From an uncultured Alphaproteobacteria bacterium (GTDB lineage: Bacteria; Pseudomonadota; Alphaproteobacteria; HIMB59; GCA-002718135): 64,000 bases of DNA. The DNA lies in assembly GCA_902592345.1 (NCBI GenBank), contig CACJEE010000003.1, positions 2,312 through 66,311 of the forward strand, given 5' to 3'. Positions 31,162 through 41,898 of the stretch are shown here, one piece after another (position 1 is the first letter of the stretch; each line of letters begins with the position of its first letter). The notes beneath the pieces are model-generated. The model saw nothing but the letters and a program-made list of their open reading frames with translations. It was not told the origin of the DNA and did not search any database. The position numbers and the translations under genes were made by a program.

Positions 31162-31947
31162 ATGAGCAATAATAAATTAAATGCCTTATTGGACGAAGAA
31201 CATATTAAAATTTTATTTTCTATTTTTAAAAGTAAAAATATAGAACTTCGTTTGGTAGGAGGGAGTATAAGAGATTTTCTCATTAATAGAGAAATTAGAG
31301 ATATAGACTCTGCAACTGCACTTGAGCCTAATGATGTACTTGAATTACTAAATGAAAATAATATTGAATATGATGATTTTGCAATAAGATATGGGTCCAT
31401 TATTGCTTATCCAAATAATAAAAAAATTCAAATCACTTCGTTAAGAGAAGATATTAATCAAATTGGACGACATACTTCAGTATTGTATACAACAGACTGG
31501 GAAAAGGATGCTGCAAGAAGGGATTTTACATTCAACGCATTATATCTTGATGAAGATGCTAAACTTTATGACTATTATAATGGTCAAAAAGATCTACAGT
31601 CAAAAACAATAAAATTCATTGGAGAGATTGAAGATAGAATTAAAGAAGATTATTTAAGAATATATAGATACTTTCGTTTTTTCGGTTTGTTTGATTTGCC
31701 CTTAATAAATATAAAAACACAACAAATTGTTGAAAAATATATTCATGAATCTTTAGCTGTTCTAACAAATGATGTCATACGTCAAGAAGTATTAAAAATG
31801 TTTAATATGCCATATCCTTTAAATTGTTTTTATCAATCACAAGTCAAATTCAAATGGGTAGAAATTCTTAAAGAGCATTTTATAAAAACTAACTACGATT
31901 TAGGATTAAAAAAATGTCTTAACAAAATTGATAATATTATAAATTAA
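31162..31947 (+). CDS. cca: Class II tRNA nucleotidyltransferase / poly(A) polymerase family protein, unusually short (261 aa)
   Basis: Motif A 'GGSIRDFLINREIRDIDSAT', motif B 'RRDFTFNALY' and motif D 'EDYLRIYRYFRFF'. Only 35 nt separate it from the next gene. Confidence 0.8.
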   Translation: MSNNKLNALLDEEHIKILFSIFKSKNIELRLVGGSIRDFLINREIRDIDSATALEPNDVLELLNENNIEYDDFAIRYGSIIAYPNNKKIQITSLREDINQIGRHTSVLYTTDWEKDAARRDFTFNALYLDEDAKLYDYYNGQKDLQSKTIKFIGEIEDRIKEDYLRIYRYFRFFGLFDLPLINIKTQQIVEKYIHESLAVLTNDVIRQEVLKMFNMPYPLNCFYQSQVKFKWVEILKEHFIKTNYDLGLKKCLNKIDNIIN

Positions 31948-31982
31948 TTGAAAATAATATATTTATATCCATTTAAAATAGC

Positions 31983-32840
31983 ATGAGAAAAATTGTTGAT
32001 ATTAAAGACTGTATGAAAACTTTTGAAGGTGACGGCATTCCTGTCACAAGAGCTTTTCCTGTTGCTGAAATGAGAGAAAATGATCCATTTCTTTTATTTG
32101 ATCATTTTGGGCCAATTAATTATGAACCAGGAGGAGCAACAGGTGTACCGGCTCATCCCCACTGTGGCTTTGAAGCAATAACTTATTTACTAGATGGAGA
32201 GGTTGAGCATAAAGATTCGTGGGGTGGTCAAGCAGCTATTGAAACAGGAGACATTCAGTGGATGACAACAGGTTCTGGCCTTGTTCATTCTGAATTAGTT
32301 ACTGATAAATTTAAAAGAAATGGTGGGTTAATGCAAGGTTTGCAGATTTGGGTTAACCTTCCTAAAAAAAATAAGAAAGTAAGACCTTGGTACCAACATA
32401 TTAAAAAAAATGAAATTCCCACTATTGATGAGAATAATAATGTTTTAATAAAAGTTTTGGTGGGTAAAGTTAAAAATATTTCTTCATCTGTTCAGACATA
32501 CTCACCAGTTTCAATCTTTGATGTTCAGTTTAGCAAACCAAGTTTGATAGATTTAAATATCCCTAAAAATCAAAACGTGATGGTTTATGTAATACACGGG
32601 GAACTAAAATTTCATGCTTATAACCAAATTGCTAGAAAAGGTCAGATGATTTATTTTGATCAGTCAACTGATATGATTAATCTAACTTCAATATCAACCA
32701 CTGGATCTTACTTGGTTTTAGCGGGAGCACCTTTAAATGAATCTGTTGTTAGATACGGACCTTTTGTTACAAATACAGAAGATGATATGAAACAAGTAAT
32801 GTTGGATTACCAGAATGGCAAAATGGGAACCTTAAGTTAA
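31983..32840 (+). CDS. Pirin family protein
   Basis: 'HPHCGFEAITYLLDGEVEHKDS' cupin metal site. Bicupin length. Confidence 0.9.
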   Translation: MRKIVDIKDCMKTFEGDGIPVTRAFPVAEMRENDPFLLFDHFGPINYEPGGATGVPAHPHCGFEAITYLLDGEVEHKDSWGGQAAIETGDIQWMTTGSGLVHSELVTDKFKRNGGLMQGLQIWVNLPKKNKKVRPWYQHIKKNEIPTIDENNNVLIKVLVGKVKNISSSVQTYSPVSIFDVQFSKPSLIDLNIPKNQNVMVYVIHGELKFHAYNQIARKGQMIYFDQSTDMINLTSISTTGSYLVLAGAPLNESVVRYGPFVTNTEDDMKQVMLDYQNGKMGTLS

Positions 32841-33289
32841 ATTCTATTTGTTTGTCGAAGACTTTCACCTAATACTAAGGCAACTGAACTGCTTAGATTA
32901 ATTGATCTAACACCTTCTTTCATAGGAATTGTTAAGCGATGATCAACTATCTTATGAATATTTTCTGGCACTCCCGCACTTTCTCTTCCAAATAATAAAA
33001 TATCAGAAAGATTAAATTTAAAGTTATATAGACTTGTTTCACTTTTTGTAGTCATTAAAATTAATCTAAAATTATTTTTTTTTGTCCAATCATAAAAATG
33101 TTGCCAATCAATATGTTTTTTGTAGTCAATGTGATCAAGATAATCCATTGCACTTCTTTTGAATCTTTTATCATCAAAAATAAAGCCTGTTGGTTCAATA
33201 ATATCAACTGAAACACCTAAGCAAGCACCTAGTCTGAAAATATTTCCTGCATTTTGAGGAATATCTGGCTGATAAAGAGCTATTCTCAT
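32837..33289 (-). CDS. trmL: tRNA (cytidine/uridine-2'-O)-methyltransferase TrmL (SpoU family)
   Basis: 150 aa with 'LLFGRESAGVPE' and 'IPM...RSINLSSSVA' SPOUT motifs. Confidence 0.85.
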   Translation of the reverse strand: MRIALYQPDIPQNAGNIFRLGACLGVSVDIIEPTGFIFDDKRFKRSAMDYLDHIDYKKHIDWQHFYDWTKKNNFRLILMTTKSETSLYNFKFNLSDILLFGRESAGVPENIHKIVDHRLTIPMKEGVRSINLSSSVALVLGESLRQTNRI

Positions 33290-33383
33290 AATTGTAGTCT
33301 ACAGTATTTATATGATTGCGTCACGCTGGCACATATAATTTGGTATTTTTTTTCAAATTTAAGCTATAAGAGACAATCAATTT

Positions 33384-33911
33384 ATGGCAGAAAATCCCAA
33401 TAATAAAAGACGAGATTTTTTACAACTTAGTACTATATCTATTGGAGCTATAGGAACGGCAGCTTTTGTCTGGCCATTTCTTTCAAGCATGAATCCAGCT
33501 GAAGACACCCTTGCACTTGGAACTACAGAAGTAGATATAAGTTCTATTGCAGAAGGTCAAAGTATAACAGTAAAATGGAGAGGTAAGCCAGTATTTATTC
33601 GTAAAAGAACCAAAGAAGAAATTGAAGAAGCTAAAGAAGTTGACTTTACAGATTTGATAGATCCAGAACAAGATATCGACAGGGTAAAAAAAGAAGAATG
33701 GTTAGTTCTAATTGGTGTATGCACGCATCTAGGCTGTGTACCTCTTGGTCAAAAGTTAACTGACAATAAGGGAGAATATAATGGTTGGTATTGCCCTTGT
33801 CATGGATCTCACTATGACACATCAGGTAGAATACGTAAAGGTCCTGCCCCAAACAATCTTCCTGTCCCACCATATTCTTTTTTAAATGAGACAACTATTA
33901 AAATTGGTTAA
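33384..33911 (+). CDS. petA: Ubiquinol-cytochrome c reductase iron-sulfur (Rieske) subunit
   Basis: 'CTHLGC' and 'CPCHGS' boxes with a Tat-like N-terminus. Confidence 0.95.
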   Translation: MAENPNNKRRDFLQLSTISIGAIGTAAFVWPFLSSMNPAEDTLALGTTEVDISSIAEGQSITVKWRGKPVFIRKRTKEEIEEAKEVDFTDLIDPEQDIDRVKKEEWLVLIGVCTHLGCVPLGQKLTDNKGEYNGWYCPCHGSHYDTSGRIRKGPAPNNLPVPPYSFLNETTIKIG

Positions 33912-33913
33912 TT

Positions 33914-35179
33914 ATGAGTAGAAATTCAGAGCATAGAAAATATAAGAATTCTTTTTTAAATTGGATAGAATTTAGACTTCCAATAATTTCATATTTTGAA
34001 AAAGAATATGGTGATTATCCAATGCCTAAAAATTGTAATTATTTTTGGAGCTTTGGTGCATTGGCAACAATAACACTTGTTGTTATGATTGTAAGTGGAA
34101 TTTTTCTTGCTATGAATTATACACCACATACTGATATGGCATTTGATAGCGTAGAAAGAATTATGCGTGATGTAAATTTCGGTTGGCTCCTTCGTTACAT
34201 TCATTCTAATGGTGCAGCTTTCTTTTTTATTGTCGTATATATTCATATACTTCGTGGTATGTATTATGGCTCATATAAATATCCAAGGGAGCTTAACTGG
34301 ATACTTGGAGTTTTTATTTATCTTCTAATGATGGCAACAGCATTTATGGGGTATGTGCTGCCATGGGGTCAAATGTCTTACTGGGGAGCAACAGTTATTA
34401 CAAATTTATTTAGCGCTATTCCTTTTATTGGTGAAGGATTAAAAACTTGGCTTTTGGGAGACTACACAGTTGGTAATGCTACTCTAAATAGATTTTTTGC
34501 TTTACATTATGTTTTTCCATTTGTTATTTTAGGCATAGTAGGATTACATGTTGCTGCAGTCCATGTTCATGGCTCAAACAATCCAGCGGGAATCGATATT
34601 AAATCAAAAAATGACACAGTAAAATTTTTTCCTTATATGGTTATGAAGGATGCTTTAGCTGTATGTGTTTTTGGAGTAATAATTTCTTCAGTAATTTTTT
34701 TCGGTCCAAACTTAATGGCTGAAGTTGACAATTATATACCTGCTGATCCGCTTGTAACACCCGCTCATATTGTTCCTAATTGGTATTTAGCTCCTTTTTA
34801 CGCCATATTGAGAGCAATTCCAGATAAACTAGGGGGCGTCCTATTAATGTTTGGATCTATTGCAATATTGTTTGTACTTCCTTGGTTAGATAGATCAAAG
34901 GTGAGAAGTTGTAACTTTAGACCGATATATAAGTGGTTTGTAATGTTATTTTTTGTTAATTTTTTTATTCTTGGATATGTAGGCATGTTGCCAGCTGAAG
35001 GTTTATACCTCTTAATAGCAAGAATTGGTCTTGTTTATTATTTTGGTTTTTTCTTAATCATAACACCGTTTATACATAAGATTGAAACACCAAAAAGTCT
35101 TCCTTTAGGGATTAGTGATGTTTATTTAGGAGGTGGTAAAGCAATCCCTACACCGAATGTACAAAAAGAGATTATTTAA
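33914..35179 (+). CDS. petB: Cytochrome b
   Basis: Multi-TM protein with 'WSFGALA' and '[12 protein letters not shown]' motifs. Confidence 0.95.
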   Translation: MSRNSEHRKYKNSFLNWIEFRLPIISYFEKEYGDYPMPKNCNYFWSFGALATITLVVMIVSGIFLAMNYTPHTDMAFDSVERIMRDVNFGWLLRYIHSNGAAFFFIVVYIHILRGMYYGSYKYPRELNWILGVFIYLLMMATAFMGYVLPWGQMSYWGATVITNLFSAIPFIGEGLKTWLLGDYTVGNATLNRFFALHYVFPFVILGIVGLHVAAVHVHGSNNPAGIDIKSKNDTVKFFPYMVMKDALAVCVFGVIISSVIFFGPNLMAEVDNYIPADPLVTPAHIVPNWYLAPFYAILRAIPDKLGGVLLMFGSIAILFVLPWLDRSKVRSCNFRPIYKWFVMLFFVNFFILGYVGMLPAEGLYLLIARIGLVYYFGFFLIITPFIHKIETPKSLPLGISDVYLGGGKAIPTPNVQKEII

Positions 35180-35182
35180 TCG

Positions 35183-35935
35183 ATGAGATTTGTTATTACA
35201 ATTTTGCTTTTTTTATTATCTACAAGTATCTTTGCTGCTGAATCAAATTCAGGGCCAATGCCTAAGCATAAATGGTCTTTTAATGGAATTACAGGTACTT
35301 TTGATAGAGCAGCGTTGCAAAGAGGTTTTAAGGTTTATCAAGAAGTCTGTTCAGGATGCCATTCAATGAAATTATTGTATTATAGAGATCTCAGAGATAT
35401 TGGATTTTCTGAAGCAGAAGTGAAAGTAATTGCTGCTGAATACACAGTTGTAGATGGACCTAATGATGAAGGTGAAATGTATGATCGAGATGCAAGACCG
35501 GCAGATAGATTTGTTTCTCCTTACACCAATGATAATGAAGCTAGGCTAAGTAATAATGGTGCTTATCCTCCCGATTTAAGTGTAATAACAAAAGCTAGAA
35601 AATATGGCGAAGATTATATTTATAATTTTATTCTAGGCTATGAAGAACCACCTGAAGGAATGGAAATAGGCGATGGAATGTATTATAATAAATGGGTAGG
35701 GGGTAACCAAATATCTATGCCACAACCTATATATGATGGAAGTGTTGATTATGATGATGGCACAGATAATAACGCTAAACAACTTACAGAGGATGTAGTT
35801 ACTTTTTTAAAATGGGCAGCTGAACCTGAACTAGAAGTAAGAAAAAATCTCGGAATTAAAGTTATATTGTTTTTTTTAGTTTTAGGTACATTTATTTATT
35901 TTGTTAAAAATAAACTCTGGAGAGAAGTTGATTAA
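35183..35935 (+). CDS. petC: Cytochrome c1
   Basis: 'CSGCHS' heme motif, signal peptide and C-terminal TM anchor. Confidence 0.95.
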   Translation: MRFVITILLFLLSTSIFAAESNSGPMPKHKWSFNGITGTFDRAALQRGFKVYQEVCSGCHSMKLLYYRDLRDIGFSEAEVKVIAAEYTVVDGPNDEGEMYDRDARPADRFVSPYTNDNEARLSNNGAYPPDLSVITKARKYGEDYIYNFILGYEEPPEGMEIGDGMYYNKWVGGNQISMPQPIYDGSVDYDDGTDNNAKQLTEDVVTFLKWAAEPELEVRKNLGIKVILFFLVLGTFIYFVKNKLWREVD

Positions 35936-37032
35936 ACATTAAAGAGGAAATGCATTACATCCCCATCTTTAACAGTATAATCCTTTCCTTCCTGCCTTAA
36001 CTTTCCAGCATCTCTGCTACCAGCCTCTCCATTATATTTTAAAAAGTCTTCATAAGATATAGTTTCAGCTCTAATAAAACCTTTTTCAAAATCAGTATGT
36101 ATTTTACCAGCAGCTTGCGGCGCTAAGGTATTTTTATTTATTGTCCAAGAACGTGTTTCTTTGGGCCCACAAGTGAAGTAGTTAATTAGATCTAGAAGAT
36201 TATAGCCACTTTTGATTACCTTAGTAAGTGTTGTATCATTTAATCCCATCTCCTTAATCATTTCAAGTTTTTCTTCTTTGTTTTCTAATTCCGCAATTTG
36301 AGATTCAATTGATGCAGAAATAATAACTGAATTATGATTATATTTAATAGCATATGCATCAACTTTTTTAGAAAGCTCATTCCCATTTTGAACAGATTTT
36401 TCATCAACATTACAAATATATAGCATTGGTTTAATTGTAATTAGATTTAGCGAATTAATGAATTGATTATCTTCTTCGGAGTACTCATTATTTTGTAAAA
36501 AATTTGAATTACTTAAATTTGTTAAAAGTTTTTCAATTATACTTATTTGATTTTTAATAACTTTATCTCCTTGTTTTGATTTTTTTTCTAGAGCATTTTT
36601 CTTAATTTCTAATGTTTCAATATCTGATAATTGAAGCTCAGTATTGATTGTCTCCATATCACTCAAAGGATTAATATTATTAGATACATGTGTAACATTA
36701 TCATCTTTAAAACATCGTACTACATGAGCAATAGCATCCACTTCACGTATATGACCTAAAAACTTATTACCTAGACCTTCTCCTTTAGATGCGCCCTTTA
36801 CTAGTCCAGCGATATCAACAAAATCCATATAAGAAGGAATTATTTTTTCACTTTTACCGATCTTACCCAATATTTCTAATCTTTGATCTGGAACAGCAAC
36901 CCTTCCCACATTTGGCTCAATAGTAGCAAAAGGATAATTTGCTGCCTCTGCTTTGTTTGATTCAGTTAAGGCATTAAATAATGTTGACTTACCAACATTG
37001 GGTAATCCAATAATACCACACTTAAAGCCCAT
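35932..37032 (-). CDS. ychF: Redox-regulated ATPase YchF
   Basis: 'GLPNVGKSTLFNAL' motif and a C-terminal TGS-like domain. Confidence 0.95.
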   Translation of the reverse strand: MGFKCGIIGLPNVGKSTLFNALTESNKAEAANYPFATIEPNVGRVAVPDQRLEILGKIGKSEKIIPSYMDFVDIAGLVKGASKGEGLGNKFLGHIREVDAIAHVVRCFKDDNVTHVSNNINPLSDMETINTELQLSDIETLEIKKNALEKKSKQGDKVIKNQISIIEKLLTNLSNSNFLQNNEYSEEDNQFINSLNLITIKPMLYICNVDEKSVQNGNELSKKVDAYAIKYNHNSVIISASIESQIAELENKEEKLEMIKEMGLNDTTLTKVIKSGYNLLDLINYFTCGPKETRSWTINKNTLAPQAAGKIHTDFEKGFIRAETISYEDFLKYNGEAGSRDAGKLRQEGKDYTVKDGDVMHFLFNV

Positions 37033-37592
37033 TATTTTCCTTCAGCTAATTTTGTTAAAAAAAGGCTTGTATCATTTAATAGTGTCTCAAAGTTTTTTGT
37101 TATATTATCAAGCTGAGTATCAATCTTTTCTATTTCATCTGAATTAAATTTATTTAACACGTAGTTTGAAACTAAATCTTTCATTCCTGGATGATCAATA
37201 CCTACACGAATCCTGTAATAATCATTACCAATCATTTCATCAATACTAGAAAGACCATTATGACCGCCATTACCTCCACCAAATTTTATTTTAACCTTAC
37301 CTAATTCTAAGTCTAAATCATCATGAATTATAAATATTTTATTTTTTTCTATTTTATAAAAACTAATTACATCCCTAATTGGTTGTCCTGATAAATTCAT
37401 AAAATTTAGAGGTTTCATTAATAAACATGAACTATTAGCAATAATACCTTTGAAAATTTCTTTTTTAGTGTCTTTCTTAAATGGTTCAAAATTATAAAAG
37501 CTTTCAAGTTTATCGACTAGGTTAAAGCCAATATTGTGTCTTGTATTAATGTATTGTTTACCTGGATTTCCCAGACCACATATTAAAAACAT
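37032..37592 (-). CDS. pth: Peptidyl-tRNA hydrolase
   Basis: 'GLGNPG', 'TRHNIGF' and 'GGHNGL' motifs. Confidence 0.95.
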   Translation of the reverse strand: MFLICGLGNPGKQYINTRHNIGFNLVDKLESFYNFEPFKKDTKKEIFKGIIANSSCLLMKPLNFMNLSGQPIRDVISFYKIEKNKIFIIHDDLDLELGKVKIKFGGGNGGHNGLSSIDEMIGNDYYRIRVGIDHPGMKDLVSNYVLNKFNSDEIEKIDTQLDNITKNFETLLNDTSLFLTKLAEGK

Positions 37593-37610
37593 AATTATTT
37601 ATAAAGTATT

Positions 37611-38300
37611 TTATTTAGATTCTTCTTTAGAGTCTTCTTTTTTAGAGTCTTCTTTATTTTCTTCTTTTTTATCTTCAGGTTTTTCTTCTTTAGAATCATC
37701 AGTAGTTTCTTCTGCTTCTTCTTCAGCTGGTTTCGTTTCAACTTCTACTGTAGGCGGCACTAAAGTAGCAACAACAAAGTCCCTGTCTGTTATTGTTGGA
37801 ATAACTCCATCAGGCAGTTCTATATTACTTATTTTGATTGAATCTCCAATTTCACTTTCAATAAGATCGAATTGGAGTTTATTAGGTATGTTATTAGCAT
37901 TACAGCTCAGCTCCACTTCACGTCTAACTAAATTAAGAACACCTCCTTTTTTAAGTCCAGGACAAGTTTCTTGGTTTAAAAATTCAACAGGAACTTCAAC
38001 GGTAACTTTTGTGTCATCTTGAACGCGCAAAAAATCAAAGTGAATTAATTTATCAGTTACTGGGTGGTATTGTAATTGTTTAGGAAGTACCTTTTCAGAT
38101 TTTCCATCAATATCAATATCAATAATTGTAGAATAAAAAGAACCAGTATGCATTAATTTTAAAAGAATTTTATTTTCAAATGCAATCTTTGTAGGCTCTG
38201 TACCCTTGCCATATACTATTCCTGGTATCATTCCCCTGTTAATTAAAGAGTGTGTAGAACCAGTTTCTTTAGATCTATCAATTACCTTATATTTTTCCAT
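37611..38300 (-). CDS. rplY: 50S ribosomal protein L25 / general stress protein Ctc, with acidic-lysine C-terminal tail
   Basis: L25/Ctc two-domain body. Canonical prs-rplY-pth-ychF order. Confidence 0.9.
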   Translation of the reverse strand: MEKYKVIDRSKETGSTHSLINRGMIPGIVYGKGTEPTKIAFENKILLKLMHTGSFYSTIIDIDIDGKSEKVLPKQLQYHPVTDKLIHFDFLRVQDDTKVTVEVPVEFLNQETCPGLKKGGVLNLVRREVELSCNANNIPNKLQFDLIESEIGDSIKISNIELPDGVIPTITDRDFVVATLVPPTVEVETKPAEEEAEETTDDSKEEKPEDKKEENKEDSKKEDSKEESK

Positions 38301-38318
38301 ACCTAAGTTTTTTAGTTT

Positions 38319-39254
38319 TTAGTCAAAAAGGGCTGAAACAGATGAATCACTGTTGATCCTTTTTATGGCCTCTCCCATTAAAGGAGCAATACTGATATGT
38401 CTAATATTTTTTGTATTTTTAACCTCATTTGAAGCTTCAATACTATCTGTTAGGACTAGCTCTTTGATAGTTGAATTTTCAATTCTATTTAAAGCCCCAC
38501 CTGACAAGACCCCATGTGCTATATATGAATATATTTCCCTAGCACCACTATCTTTAAGAGCTGTTGCTGCATTACATAAAGTGCCAGCAGAGTCAGCAAT
38601 ATCATCTAATAAAATACATGTCTTTCCCTTTACATCACCTATAATATTCATTACTTCAGACTCTCCAGCTTTTTCTCTTCTTTTATCAGCAATTGCTAAA
38701 CCAGCATTTAACCTTTTAGCAAAAGCTCTAGCTCTCACAACACCACCAACATCTGGAGACGTAATGACTAAATTAGAATTCTTAGAGAATTTTTCTCTCA
38801 TATCTTTTATGATTGGTGGAGCTGAAAAAATATTATCTAGAGGAATATCAAAAAAACCTTGTATTTGGCCTGCATGTAAATCCATTGTTAAAACTCGATG
38901 AGCTCCAGCTGAAGTTATTAAATTTGCCACAAGTTTTGCAGTAATGGGTGTGCGAGGTCCCGTTTTCCTATCTTGACGAGCATATCCATAATAAGGAATA
39001 ACGGCAGTGATTCTTTTTGCCGAACCTCTTTTAGCTGCATCGATTGTAATCAACAATTCCATAAGATGATCATTCGCTGGATGTGATGTTGATTGAATTA
39101 TAAAAACATCTTCTCCTCTAATATTTTCATTAATTTCAACGAATATTTCTCTATCTGCGAATCTTCTCAGTGAGGTATTTGCCAAATCTACACCAATATA
39201 TGAGCAAATTGCTTCAGCTAAAATTTTATTACTATTGCAGGCAATAATCTTCAT
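38319..39254 (-). CDS. prs: Ribose-phosphate pyrophosphokinase
   Basis: '[11 protein letters not shown]' and the PRPP-binding '[12 protein letters not shown]' motif. Confidence 0.95.
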   Translation of the reverse strand: MKIIACNSNKILAEAICSYIGVDLANTSLRRFADREIFVEINENIRGEDVFIIQSTSHPANDHLMELLITIDAAKRGSAKRITAVIPYYGYARQDRKTGPRTPITAKLVANLITSAGAHRVLTMDLHAGQIQGFFDIPLDNIFSAPPIIKDMREKFSKNSNLVITSPDVGGVVRARAFAKRLNAGLAIADKRREKAGESEVMNIIGDVKGKTCILLDDIADSAGTLCNAATALKDSGAREIYSYIAHGVLSGGALNRIENSTIKELVLTDSIEASNEVKNTKNIRHISIAPLMGEAIKRINSDSSVSALFD

Positions 39255-39298
39255 TTAATATTTTTTATCAATATATAAGTATATAAATAGATCAACCA

Positions 39299-40063
39299 TT
39301 AAGTAATAGAGATCAAATTAATTAGCCTTCCAGTAGTCTTTTTATCATTGTGGAAAGATCTTCGATGACTAAAAAATAGACTTTTGTTTGAATAAGTATC
39401 CAAATTAACATTATGTATTTTTTTTAAACCCAATTCTTTCAATTGATACTTTATTAATCCCCTAAGATTGAAAAAATATTTAATATTATTTTTTTTTCTA
39501 AAAAATCTTGAATAACTAGAATTTTTTTTACAGAATCTTTTATTAAAACTTCTATCCACTTCATAATTTTTTGCCCCTAAACAAGGCCCAATTATAGCAG
39601 TTAGATTTCCTCTATCAATATTTTGGTTATCAAATAGTTTTATTGCATTTTTAGAAATATTTTTTAATGCTCCTTTCCAGCCTGAATGTAAACAGCATAT
39701 AAATCTAGCTTTATTATCATAAATAAAAATGGGAGCGCAATCAGCAGTTAATATTCCTAATACAACATTACTTAAGGAAGTAATTATTCCATCAGCTTCT
39801 ATTTTTTTATTAAGATTAGATTTGGTAATTTTAATTACTTTAGAAGAATGAATTTGATTAATCAATATTAATTTTTTTTTGTGTAATTTTAATTGTCTTA
39901 AGGCTTTAAGTCTATTTTTATAAACTAGTTTTTTATTGTCTCCATTAGATAAACTGCAATTTAAAGATTTAAATTCTTTTTTAGAGAAACCATTTAACCT
40001 GTTGAAAAAACCATGATTTATTTTAGTATTTTTAATACTATAATAATTTTTATTTAAAGACAT
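39299..40063 (-). CDS. pgeF: YfiH/PgeF (DUF152) family laccase-domain / purine nucleoside phosphorylase protein
   Basis: 'QIHSSKV', 'LTADCAPIF' and 'HSGWKG' motifs. Confidence 0.75.
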   Translation of the reverse strand: MSLNKNYYSIKNTKINHGFFNRLNGFSKKEFKSLNCSLSNGDNKKLVYKNRLKALRQLKLHKKKLILINQIHSSKVIKITKSNLNKKIEADGIITSLSNVVLGILTADCAPIFIYDNKARFICCLHSGWKGALKNISKNAIKLFDNQNIDRGNLTAIIGPCLGAKNYEVDRSFNKRFCKKNSSYSRFFRKKNNIKYFFNLRGLIKYQLKELGLKKIHNVNLDTYSNKSLFFSHRRSFHNDKKTTGRLINLISIT

Positions 40064-41100
40064 GAAATTACTAAAACTTTGAAAATTTCTCCCATTTGAG
40101 ATTTATTTGTTAGGCGCTCATAATCTAATTCTATTTTTTGAAAAGTTTTTTCATTTTTATTTTTTTGTAACTCCTCTTTTCTTTCTTTTAAGCCACAACC
40201 ATTTAAAAAATCTTTTTGATTACAGAATAAGTCTATTTTTAATTCGTATTTATAAGCAATACTCATTAATTCATCAAAATTTACATGAGCTGTAATATCT
40301 TGATTCCCTAAATTTTCGAATAAATGGGTTTTGTTATGATTATAGATTGTTTGTAGAGAGAAATATTTAGGCGGTTCTTTATAACCATAATCAATAGTAA
40401 TGCAAACTCCACTATTTTTTTTTATATGTTTACATACTAGTTCAAAATATTTTTTTCTAGCTTCTGAAATTTCTGCAACAACTACATCATTAAATTTTTC
40501 TAGTTTATTTAACATTTTTATATTATCAACCTCTTCCGAAATGAAATTAAATATTTTTTGTGTTTCATTATATTTTATATATTTTTCATACCATTTATTT
40601 TTTTTATAAAATTGTCTAATTGGAAAGCAGTCAAAGAATTCATTAGAATATATAATCGAAGGTCTATTATTTTTTTTGATATCAATCTCTTTAGTCCAGT
40701 TAACTGAATAAAAATTTATATTACGTAAATTATTTTTTTGTTTAATTATTAAATTTTTATTTTTTTCTATAAGCGTAAGATTAATTGAATTAAGAAATTT
40801 TTTATTTTTAGTTGCAGTTCGTAAAATATCAACAATTAAAGTTCCTGTCCCTGGTCCTAATTCAATTAAGTTAAATTCTGTCTTTATATTTTTATTCCAG
40901 TAATTTATTAAAAAAGCAGCAAGCATTTCTCCAAACATTTGAGATATTTCAGGAGAAGTTATAAAATCATTTTTTCCCCCTATTACATCATTTTTAATAT
41001 AATACCCATCATCTCCATAAAGACAAAATTCTATAAACTTACTAACGTCAATTTTCTTATTTTTTTTTATTTCTGAAATTATTAATTCTTTAATTTTCAT
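40054..41100 (-). CDS. SAM-dependent methyltransferase, MidA/NDUFAF7 (DUF185) family
   Basis: 'LIELGPGTGTL' SAM motif. Family-typical length and position next to lgt in alphaproteobacteria. Confidence 0.75.
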   Translation of the reverse strand: MKIKELIISEIKKNKKIDVSKFIEFCLYGDDGYYIKNDVIGGKNDFITSPEISQMFGEMLAAFLINYWNKNIKTEFNLIELGPGTGTLIVDILRTATKNKKFLNSINLTLIEKNKNLIIKQKNNLRNINFYSVNWTKEIDIKKNNRPSIIYSNEFFDCFPIRQFYKKNKWYEKYIKYNETQKIFNFISEEVDNIKMLNKLEKFNDVVVAEISEARKKYFELVCKHIKKNSGVCITIDYGYKEPPKYFSLQTIYNHNKTHLFENLGNQDITAHVNFDELMSIAYKYELKIDLFCNQKDFLNGCGLKERKEELQKNKNEKTFQKIELDYERLTNKSQMGEIFKVLVISCL

Positions 41101-41873
41101 TTACGAGATAAAATTATCAAACCAGCAAAAAATAGGGGAATACATAAAAGTTGTCCCATAGTGAGGTGATTAAAAAATAAACCTAAGTGTAAATCAGGCT
41201 CTCTTAAATACTCAATTAAAAATCTAAAAATTGAATATATAATTAAAAATAATGCACTTATTTTTCCTATCAAATATTTTTTTGGATTACTATTGAAGTA
41301 AACAAATAAAATAAAAAATAAAACTATTCCTTCAAAAAATGATTCGTATAATTGTGAAGGATGCCTTGGATTATTATCAATTTCAGGGTAAATAATTGCA
41401 AAAGGAAAATCTGTAACTCTGCCATATAATTCTGTGTTTATAAAATTAGACATTCTCCCTAAGAACAAACCAATAGGCGCAACTATTGAAACTAAATCTG
41501 ACAAATAAAAAAATTTAACACTATTTTTTATTGAAAAAAGATAGATTGAAAAGATTATGCCAATTAATCCTCCGTGAAATGACATACCTCCTTTCCATAT
41601 TTCAAATATGTATAAAGGTTTTAAAAATAATAAATTTGTTTGATAAAAAAGCACATAACCTACTCTGCCTCCAATTATTACACCTATAACTGCCCAAATA
41701 AAAAATCTATCAACTTGAACATTTGAAAGTAAATTATATGACTTTCTATTAAATTGTTTAATTAATATTGATCCAAAAACAAAAGCCAAGATATATGCAA
41801 TGCTATACCAACGAATATCTATAAAACCTAAAGAAATAATTATTGGATCTATTGAAGGTTGAATTAAAATCAT
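41097..41873 (-). CDS. lgt: Prolipoprotein diacylglyceryl transferase
   Basis: 'IRWYSIAYI', 'GGRVGYVL' and 'GGMSFHGGLIG' motifs. Confidence 0.95.
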   Translation of the reverse strand: MILIQPSIDPIIISLGFIDIRWYSIAYILAFVFGSILIKQFNRKSYNLLSNVQVDRFFIWAVIGVIIGGRVGYVLFYQTNLLFLKPLYIFEIWKGGMSFHGGLIGIIFSIYLFSIKNSVKFFYLSDLVSIVAPIGLFLGRMSNFINTELYGRVTDFPFAIIYPEIDNNPRHPSQLYESFFEGIVLFFILFVYFNSNPKKYLIGKISALFLIIYSIFRFLIEYLREPDLHLGLFFNHLTMGQLLCIPLFFAGLIILSRK

Positions 41874-41898
41874 TATATTTTAAATAGATTACTATATT

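Noticed and set aside
31125-31400. 91-aa minus-strand ORF overlapping the start of the nucleotidyltransferase gene.
   Set aside because: It is Ser/Leu/Ile-rich low-complexity sequence antisense to a gene with clear catalytic motifs. It would also abut the PNPOx-like gene without a function.
37611-37760. Short tandem-like DNA repeats ('tagagtcttctt...') that could be taken for a repeat element.
   Set aside because: They encode the repetitive K/E/D/S-rich C-terminal tail of L25/Ctc (…KEDSKKEDSKEESK). They are in frame and are not spacer-interrupted like CRISPR.
37534-38022. 162-aa ORF, Ser/Leu-rich, on the + strand.
   Set aside because: It is antisense to the well-supported rplY (L25/Ctc). 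Its low-complexity composition is the mirror image of the Lys/Glu-rich tail of L25.
38353-38901. 182-aa ORF on the + strand.
   Set aside because: It lies entirely antisense to prs, which has unambiguous PRPP synthetase motifs, and it has no motifs of its own. The same reasoning applies to the antisense ORFs at 12826..13224 (dnaX), 25729..26334 (argB), 27238..27510 and 28421..28609 (yidC), 33483..33894 (petA), 33989..34246 and 34798..34986 (petB), 40107..40609 (MidA), 48411..48989 (moaD/pgsA), 54897..55549 (M24) and 62262..62908 (aprB/aprM).
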